From Candidatus Zixiibacteriota bacterium (GTDB lineage Bacteria > Zixibacteria > MSB-5A5 > WJJR01), in assembly GCA_036170655.1 (NCBI GenBank), contig JAVHPP010000075.1, positions 1 through 13,691 of the forward strand: DNA of 13,691 nt, read 5' to 3'. The stretch's first letter is position 1. Every line of letters starts with the position of its first letter. Shown piece by piece: positions 7,797 through 13,691 of this stretch. The notes below the pieces were generated by a model. It ran no database searches. It had not been told where the DNA came from and saw only the letters and a program-made list of their open reading frames with translations. Both the position numbers and the translations under genes were made by a program.

Positions 7797-8846
7797 CTAC
7801 TTCCCCTTCTCTTTGAGTTGTTTCTTCAATGCGTCCATCTCTTCACGGAGCTTAGCGACCTCTTGGCGAAGGTCCATCTGACTTGCGCCGTGCGCCTGCA
7901 TGGCGTCACGCAGAGCGCGTCGGGTCTCGCGCCGGGCGAAGTCATCTTCCCTGGGGAGCGGACGGGCGGCGCGTGGGTTCGCGCGGAAGAAGCGGCGGTC
8001 AACGCCTGACCAGGTGTCGGATTCCTCAATGGCCACATCGACCGTCTTCTCTTCGTTGCCCCGGCGCAGTACGGTCACGGTAACTTTGTCGCCTTCGTGT
8101 TTCTTTTGGACTCGCTGGCGGACGTCCGCCACGCTCCCGACCGGGCGGTGGTCGACGTTGACAATTACGTCGCCGGCCTGCAGCCCGACCTTGGCTGCGG
8201 GGCCATCCTTGACGACCTCGTTGATCAGGACACCGCCGTCTTTGGCGCCGAAGTAGTCTGCCAACTGGTCAGACAACTCGTACAGAGACACCCCGATGCG
8301 CGGCGTGGACAGCTGGCCCAGCGAGAATGCAAAGGCGTGGGGCGGGTCGAGTGGAGGATCGGGCGCGATCGCATCCGGATCAGAAAGGTCCGGCATCTCC
8401 CACTCTTCCGCGATAACGTCTTCGTCACTGTTTTTGTCCTCGCCGACGACAACTTTGATATCCTTCTTGTGGCGATCGCGTTCGATGACAACTGTCTTGC
8501 TCTCGCCGGGTTCACTCCGTTCGACATTGCGTGTCAGCGAGCGGGCGGAGTTGATGTCCTGCTCCCCAAACCGGAGGATGACATCCCCCTTCTCAATTCC
8601 GGCCTTGTCCGCCGGGGAGCCCTTGGCGACCTCGATGACATAGACTCCCTCGGTCGAGGACAGTTTTTCGGACTCCATCAAGTCCCGGTCGATCTCTTGA
8701 ATCGCTACTCCCAGCCAGCCCTTACTCTTCTCTTTCGCTTTTTCCTGACCCTGTTCAGTCGCGCCGCGAGCAACGCCTGCCGTCAGAAGCGCCATCACCG
8801 CCAAGGCGAGCGACCAGCGCCCCCAAGAACCTGCTTTTATCCTCAT
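7797..8846 (-). CDS. Secreted/periplasmic protein with two PDZ domains and a C-terminal coiled coil
   Basis: GGAGG precedes ATG 8846, followed by a signal peptide (WSLALAVMALLTAGVARG). PDZ1 is GWLGVAIQ...GVYVIEVAKGSPADKAGIEKGDVI and PDZ2 is RIGVSL...GVLINEVVKDGPAAKVGLQAGDVI. The tail is LRQEVAKLREEMDALKKQL. Confidence 0.88.
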   Translation of the reverse strand: MRIKAGSWGRWSLALAVMALLTAGVARGATEQGQEKAKEKSKGWLGVAIQEIDRDLMESEKLSSTEGVYVIEVAKGSPADKAGIEKGDVILRFGEQDINSARSLTRNVERSEPGESKTVVIERDRHKKDIKVVVGEDKNSDEDVIAEEWEMPDLSDPDAIAPDPPLDPPHAFAFSLGQLSTPRIGVSLYELSDQLADYFGAKDGGVLINEVVKDGPAAKVGLQAGDVIVNVDHRPVGSVADVRQRVQKKHEGDKVTVTVLRRGNEEKTVDVAIEESDTWSGVDRRFFRANPRAARPLPREDDFARRETRRALRDAMQAHGASQMDLRQEVAKLREEMDALKKQLKEKGK

Positions 8847-9015
8847 GCTTGTTCCTCCGTGCTTATGAGTTTTCCACACAAACCCATGTTTCGTCTCTTC
8901 TACGATTCGACCTCCCGGAGGTTCCGTGTTTCTTCCGGGTACGAGTACGCCGTCTCATCGATACCGGTTGACAAAACATGTTTCGGGCGCAATTGATAAG
9001 GGTTGAAGGCATTGC

Positions 9016-9429
9016 ATGAAATCGCAGACTGAGTACCTGACATTCGAGACCCGCCTGAAACGGGAGTATCATGATATCACGGAGGAAGTGGCTGCGGTTG
9101 TCACCAAGGCGGGGATCGCGGAAGGAATGGCGCTGGTCTCCGCGATGCACATTACAGCGGGTGTCTGGGTCAATGACCATGAGGACGGGCTGCTGGCCGA
9201 CATCGACCAGTGGCTGGAATCGCTGGCGCCGTACCGCCAGGATTACCGTCACCACCGGACCGGCGAAAACAATGCCGACTCACACCTGAAAAGTTTGCTG
9301 GTTGGTCATCAGGTCATCGTGCCGGTTACGAACAGCCGGCTCGATCTGGGGCCGTGGCAGCGTGTGTACTACGCTGAGTTCGACGGGCAGCGCAAGAAGC
9401 GGGTTATCATCAAGGTGATGGGAGAGTAA
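9016..9429 (+). CDS. yjbQ: YjbQ/UPF0047 family protein (secondary thiamine-phosphate synthase)
   Basis: Contains [31 protein letters not shown] and [18 protein letters not shown]. Confidence 0.93.
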   Translation: MKSQTEYLTFETRLKREYHDITEEVAAVVTKAGIAEGMALVSAMHITAGVWVNDHEDGLLADIDQWLESLAPYRQDYRHHRTGENNADSHLKSLLVGHQVIVPVTNSRLDLGPWQRVYYAEFDGQRKKRVIIKVMGE

Positions 9430-9450
9430 GACGCGCCGGGCGTTTCTCGC

Positions 9451-9993
9451 ATGGGGAGGATGATGGACAAACGGCGGTATGAACTCAAGCGGGTCGGAGT
9501 CTTCTCGGCTGTCAAGACTTGCTTTGTCCTCGGCGGCGCCACCGGATTCCTGACGGGTTTGATGATGTGGGCGTTTCTGGGCATGGCGATTTGGATGGGG
9601 CAGCGCTCCCCCTTTCCGGCCGGCCTGGGAGGTCAATATCAGATGGAGAACATTCTGGGGAATGTGATCGGCGCAATCGGGTTCGTCTTCCCTTTGGCTG
9701 GCGCTTTCACTGGGGCCATCGGCGGAGTTGTTCTCGGCTTTGTCCTGTCCCTCTTCTATAACCTGAGCGCCCGTTTCTGGGGGGGGCTCGAGTTGGACTG
9801 GGAGACTGTTGCTCCGCCGGTGAGGATGACGCCACCAACGCCGGTATTGGTCAGCAGTACCCCGTCGCCCCTGCCGGAGGGCGGTACTCCCCTGCCGGTC
9901 GCGCAACAATCAGCACGGTCGCATCAGCCATCGGTGCAAACCGGGGACGCAGCGGAGAACGATCATCCTGGGACCGGTCAACTCTATGAATGA
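9451..9993 (+). CDS. Membrane protein (DUF3566-like) with a Pro-rich C-terminal tail
   Basis: Reads YELKRVGVFSAVK, two hydrophobic Gly-rich segments, then YNLSARFWGGLEL. The start could be 9451, 9460 or 9463. Confidence 0.65.
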   Translation: MGRMMDKRRYELKRVGVFSAVKTCFVLGGATGFLTGLMMWAFLGMAIWMGQRSPFPAGLGGQYQMENILGNVIGAIGFVFPLAGAFTGAIGGVVLGFVLSLFYNLSARFWGGLELDWETVAPPVRMTPPTPVLVSSTPSPLPEGGTPLPVAQQSARSHQPSVQTGDAAENDHPGTGQLYE

Positions 9994-10032
9994 AAGGTGG
10001 AATCGTGCGGACGCCGAGGGTGTCACGCCGAC

Positions 10033-11517
10033 ATGACAACTATGACAAGTCCAGTACGTGTTCGCATCGCTCCGTCGCCCTCCGGGCATCTCCATGTGGG
10101 AACCGCGCGCACGGCGGTGTGGAATTGGCTCTTTGCGCGCCACCACGGCGGCCAGTTCATCCTCCGGATCGAAGACACGGATACCGAACGGTCATTCCCG
10201 GAGATGGTCGATTCGATCCAGGCCTCTCTGCACTGGCTGGGGCTTCAATGGGATGAGGGACCTTACTTCCAGTCGCAACGGCAGGAAATCTATCACGTCT
10301 GGGTCGAGCGCCTGAGACAATCGGCGAACGCCTACGACTGCTATTGTACGCCGGAAGAATTAGCGGCCAAACGGGAAACAGCGCAGAGGGAAAAGAAGCC
10401 GTTGCATTACGATGGGCACTGCCGGAACCTGACCGATGCCGATCGTGCGCGCTACCAATCGGAGGGTCGTCGGGGGGCCCTGCGGTTACGCATTCCCGGA
10501 GGCACGACACACTACAGCGACTTGGTCTATGGTGAGATGACACGCGCGAATAGTGAACTCGACGACTTTGTCTGTGTGCGCGCCGATGGCCGTCCGACGT
10601 ACAATTTCGCCTGTGTCATTGACGATCACGATATGCGCATCTCGCATGTCATTCGCGGCAACGACCATATCACGAACACATTCAAGCAAATCCTCATCTA
10701 CCGTGCCCTCGGGCTGGAGCCGCCGCAATTCGCCCACTTGCCTCTCAACTTGGGCAAGGACCGGCACAAGATTTCCAAGCGTGAAGGAGCAACGTCGGTC
10801 ATCGAATATCAGCGGATGGGCTTCCTGCCGGAAGCGATGGTCAACTTCCTCGCGCTTCTGGGCTGGTCTCCGGGCGATGACCGCGAGATCATGACCGCGG
10901 AGGAGATGATCCAGGCATTTTCCCTCGAACGGGTCAATGTGTCCAATGTCATCTTCGATCTCCAGAAGTTGGAGTGGATGAATGGCGAATATATCCGCAA
11001 GATGGACACTAACACACTTCTGGAACGGCTGACACCGGTGCTGATGGAATCGGGTTTGGTGACCCGCCTGCACATCCAGACCCACTGGAGCTGGATGCTG
11101 CGCGTGGTCGAGACCTTGCGTGAGCGGATGCACCTGCTCAATGACATCGCCGACATGGGGGCATTCTACTTTACGGATCGCTTTGACTACGATGCCAAGG
11201 GGACACAGAAACATTTCGGCCGTCCCGGGGTGGCCGAAGACCTGAATCTTCTGGCCAGCGAGTTTGCCGTTATTTCCGAGCGGGAGTTCAACAAGGAGCA
11301 CACCGAGGACGTCCTGAGGAAATTAGCGGAACAACTGGGTCGCTCACCGGCAGAGTTGATCCATCCCTTGCGGCTGGCGCTGACTGGCACGACTGCCGGC
11401 CCGGGGATGTTTGACATTATTGAACTTCTGGGGCGAGACCAATGCGTTCAGCGGCTGCAACGCGCCGTATCCACGATTCGCGGCGCTGTGTCGTCAGACT
11501 CGCGAGTGGACCATTGA
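10033..11517 (+). CDS. gltX: Glutamate--tRNA ligase (GluRS)
   Basis: Contains VRVRIAPSPSGHLHVGTAR, LRIEDTD, CYC...C (Zn site), PTYNFA..IDD, HVIRGNDH, KISKR, LLGWS and the anticodon-domain PLRLALTG. The start is ATG 10033 or 10042. Confidence 0.97.
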   Translation: MTTMTSPVRVRIAPSPSGHLHVGTARTAVWNWLFARHHGGQFILRIEDTDTERSFPEMVDSIQASLHWLGLQWDEGPYFQSQRQEIYHVWVERLRQSANAYDCYCTPEELAAKRETAQREKKPLHYDGHCRNLTDADRARYQSEGRRGALRLRIPGGTTHYSDLVYGEMTRANSELDDFVCVRADGRPTYNFACVIDDHDMRISHVIRGNDHITNTFKQILIYRALGLEPPQFAHLPLNLGKDRHKISKREGATSVIEYQRMGFLPEAMVNFLALLGWSPGDDREIMTAEEMIQAFSLERVNVSNVIFDLQKLEWMNGEYIRKMDTNTLLERLTPVLMESGLVTRLHIQTHWSWMLRVVETLRERMHLLNDIADMGAFYFTDRFDYDAKGTQKHFGRPGVAEDLNLLASEFAVISEREFNKEHTEDVLRKLAEQLGRSPAELIHPLRLALTGTTAGPGMFDIIELLGRDQCVQRLQRAVSTIRGAVSSDSRVDH

Positions 11518-11531
11518 TTCTCCCCAAGAGG

Positions 11532-11560
11532 TTAACGGCACGGGAACTCGTCTGTATAAT
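11532..11560 (+). promoter_or_regulatory. Putative sigma70 promoter for the downstream hypothetical gene
   Basis: TTAACG (11532-11537), 17 nt, then TATAAT (11555-11560), in an AT-rich intergenic stretch. Confidence 0.55.
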
Positions 11561-11594
11561 CATATATGGATATGCGCATAAAGGAACTTGCGCG

Positions 11595-12836
11595 ATGAAG
11601 AGGACAGTCTCCCATGTCCGTCGCCTGCCTGGGTGGGGCTCTCTGGTTCTCATTTTGCTGGCTGCGGTCTCGGCTCGTGCGGCCGATCCGTTGCCGCTTT
11701 TGATGGAGACGCTGTCGGCCGTTGTTCCCGAGCAGGATGGATGGTTCATCGAGGCGCCGTTGGGAGCGATTCCGGGCATGCCCGATGATTCACGGGCTGT
11801 CTTCGACTCTCCCCGTGTTTTGGTCCCCACCATCGATGTTATCGATCTGGCGGTCGGCAAGATCCTGGCGGCGGGACAGAGAATACCGGTGAAGCGGATT
11901 ACCCGTTATGATCACAAACCCGGCTTGGGGGGGCTGCCGGGGTTCCGCGGTGTGCTGTGCGAAGTGGACAGCCAACCGGGCGCGGGGTTTGTGATTCTCA
12001 CGCCCCACCAGAACCGTTTCTTGATCTGGGCGCGCCGTCAATATTTCCGCGAACTGTCCAATGATAGTACCCCCGGTAAGGTCCGTGACTGGTATGCCCG
12101 GTCGGTGTCGGACCATTTGGCGTCGATTGACTACCGGGTGCCGGACGCAACGCCTCCCTCCGCCACAGAGCGAGATCTGCCCGCGTGGATGGACCTCTAT
12201 CCGCCACGACCTTCTCCCGCCATGGCCGAAGATTCGCTGGACTCGGTGCGGAGCGCCGCAGCCGAAATGGCTCTCTGGGGATGCGGCGGATTCACCGAGA
12301 TCGTTCCAACCCCGGCCATGATCGAGCGCTTCATCACGTCGGCCCCGGAAACACTCTACACAAACCGTGACCCGGCGCTGCTGCAGTCCGCGTACCGGGA
12401 TTTTTTTGCCAAGGGTGGGGAGATGTCCGCTGTCAATGTCTTGACGCGCGTCGCGTTCGATACGCTTTCCGTGGGCTGGTACATCTTCGGCGTCGATCGC
12501 TACGGACGCGTGCGCATTGCCGATACGCCAGCCCCAGTTCCTCGGGACAAACCGCAAGAGCAGCGCCGGAATTTCCCGGGTCACATGATGTTGTTCTCCG
12601 AACAGCCGCTCGCGGCGGTGGGAGAGTTCGAGATTTTGAGTCGCGATGGCCAGCCCGTTCTGCGAACGGTCACGATTCAGTCGGATCACTACCTCGACTC
12701 GCGTTTTTCGTCCGCCGTGACGAATGAGATCAGTCAGCATTCCGACGAGCATCTGCTCTGCTTGGGGCATTTGTTCGCCAGCTTGAAGAAGATCGGCGTG
12801 CCGTTGGACAATGTCCGCATCCGGAAGTTCCGGTGA
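11595..12836 (+). CDS. Secreted hypothetical protein; possible degenerate RelA/SpoT-like N-terminal domain plus SGHY-type C-terminal domain
   Basis: AAGGA precedes ATG 11595, followed by a signal peptide (GSLVLILLAAVSARA/ADP). The ORF is co-oriented between gltX and rarA. The domain calls are pattern-based only. Confidence 0.75.
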   Translation: MKRTVSHVRRLPGWGSLVLILLAAVSARAADPLPLLMETLSAVVPEQDGWFIEAPLGAIPGMPDDSRAVFDSPRVLVPTIDVIDLAVGKILAAGQRIPVKRITRYDHKPGLGGLPGFRGVLCEVDSQPGAGFVILTPHQNRFLIWARRQYFRELSNDSTPGKVRDWYARSVSDHLASIDYRVPDATPPSATERDLPAWMDLYPPRPSPAMAEDSLDSVRSAAAEMALWGCGGFTEIVPTPAMIERFITSAPETLYTNRDPALLQSAYRDFFAKGGEMSAVNVLTRVAFDTLSVGWYIFGVDRYGRVRIADTPAPVPRDKPQEQRRNFPGHMMLFSEQPLAAVGEFEILSRDGQPVLRTVTIQSDHYLDSRFSSAVTNEISQHSDEHLLCLGHLFASLKKIGVPLDNVRIRKFR

Positions 12837-12983
12837 CGAACCGGCCGTCCGCTCTTTCCCCCGGGTCTGAGTGCGCGCGGCGACAGATGCTGACACAGCC
12901 CACAGCGCAACGCCCGACATGAGCGTGGGCACCATTCCCGGAAGCACTTGGAAACCGGGTCGCCGGAGCGTAACGTCATCCCC

Positions 12984-13691
12984 ATGACCGATCAGGAACC
13001 CCTTGCGTTTCGCATGCGTCCGCGCCGTCTGGCGGAGTTCGTCGGACAGTCTCATCTGCTGGGCGAGGGCAAGCCATTGCGTCGCGCGATCGAAGGTGAT
13101 CGGATCGGTTCCATGCTGTTCTGGGGACCTCCGGGGAGCGGCAAGACCACACTGGCGCATGTCATCGCCAGTCACACCGGGGCCGACTTTGTTTTCTTCT
13201 CCGCTGTGCTGTCCGGTGTCAAAGATGTCCGCGAGGTTGTGGAACGCGCGCAGAAGCGTCTCGCTTTCGATGGAGGGCGCACCGTTCTCTTTGTCGATGA
13301 GATCCACCGCTTCAACAAGGCGCAACAAGACGCCTTTCTGCCGCACGTTGAACAGGGATGTTTGATTCTCATCGGCGCGACCACCGAAAACCCATCGTTC
13401 GAAGTCAATCCCGCTCTCCTGTCACGGCTGGCCGTGCATGTCCTCCACGCGCTTACGGAGGCGGAGATCATTCAGATCCTGCGCGCGGCGCTGGCCGATA
13501 CCGAGCGGGGACTGGGGAAACAGTCGTTGGAGGTCTCGGATGATGTTTTGAACCTGATTGCTGTCTTATCGAATGGGGATGCCCGCCGGGCGCTGACGGT
13601 GCTGGAGATGGCGGCGGGCGATGTGGCCAAGCGCCTTCCCGAGACAGCGGCGATCACGGCCGATCTGATTCGCGACATTGTCCAGCGGAAG
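12984..13691 (+). CDS. rarA: Replication-associated recombination protein A (RarA/MgsA AAA+ ATPase), 5' part; runs off the window
   Basis: Reads [26 protein letters not shown], with Walker [40 protein letters not shown] and NGDARRAL. It is absent from the ORF track because it has no stop in the window. Confidence 0.96.
   Translation, partial: MTDQEPLAFRMRPRRLAEFVGQSHLLGEGKPLRRAIEGDRIGSMLFWGPPGSGKTTLAHVIASHTGADFVFFSAVLSGVKDVREVVERAQKRLAFDGGRTVLFVDEIHRFNKAQQDAFLPHVEQGCLILIGATTENPSFEVNPALLSRLAVHVLHALTEAEIIQILRAALADTERGLGKQSLEVSDDVLNLIAVLSNGDARRALTVLEMAAGDVAKRLPETAAITADLIRDIVQRK

Noticed and set aside
8968..8996. yjbQ promoter (TTGACA followed by the palindrome AAACATGTTT)
   Set aside because: The -35 is perfect, but there is no convincing -10 at 16-18 nt, and a 10-bp palindrome could occur by chance.
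11552..11567. E. coli-type LexA box upstream of the hypothetical gene and rarA
   Set aside because: CTGT is present but the ACAG half-site is missing.
11790..13346. 518-aa minus-strand ORF and other long antisense ORFs (for example 8097-8996, 10486-11301, 4537-5241)
   Set aside because: They are shadow frames opposite better-supported genes in GC-rich DNA and have no recognisable motifs.

Overview
GC-rich bacterial window, mostly housekeeping genes. In order: the 3' end of an SDR oxidoreductase, glnS, a DEAD-box RNA helicase, a DUF47 + Pit phosphate transporter operon, a secreted tandem-PDZ protein, yjbQ, a small membrane protein, gltX, a secreted hypothetical protein and the 5' part of rarA/mgsA. 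The main accessory feature is a ~1.6 kb REP/RAYT locus at the glnS stop (2330-3938). It has three directly oriented 74-bp GTAG-family REP doublets (REPINs) and a diverged second copy of the last 28 codons of glnS between REPIN1 and REPIN2. It also has a REP-associated tyrosine transposase whose only visible lesion is an in-frame TAG at a conserved Gln, and a frameshifted PLD/helicase gene fragment cut off exactly at the GTAG of REPIN3. The REP TAG is the in-frame stop of glnS, of the glnS copy and of the truncated PLD gene. The secreted hypothetical protein (11595-12836) appears by motif pattern to combine a degenerate RelA/SpoT-like domain with an SGHY-type domain. All family assignments are by eye and were not searched.
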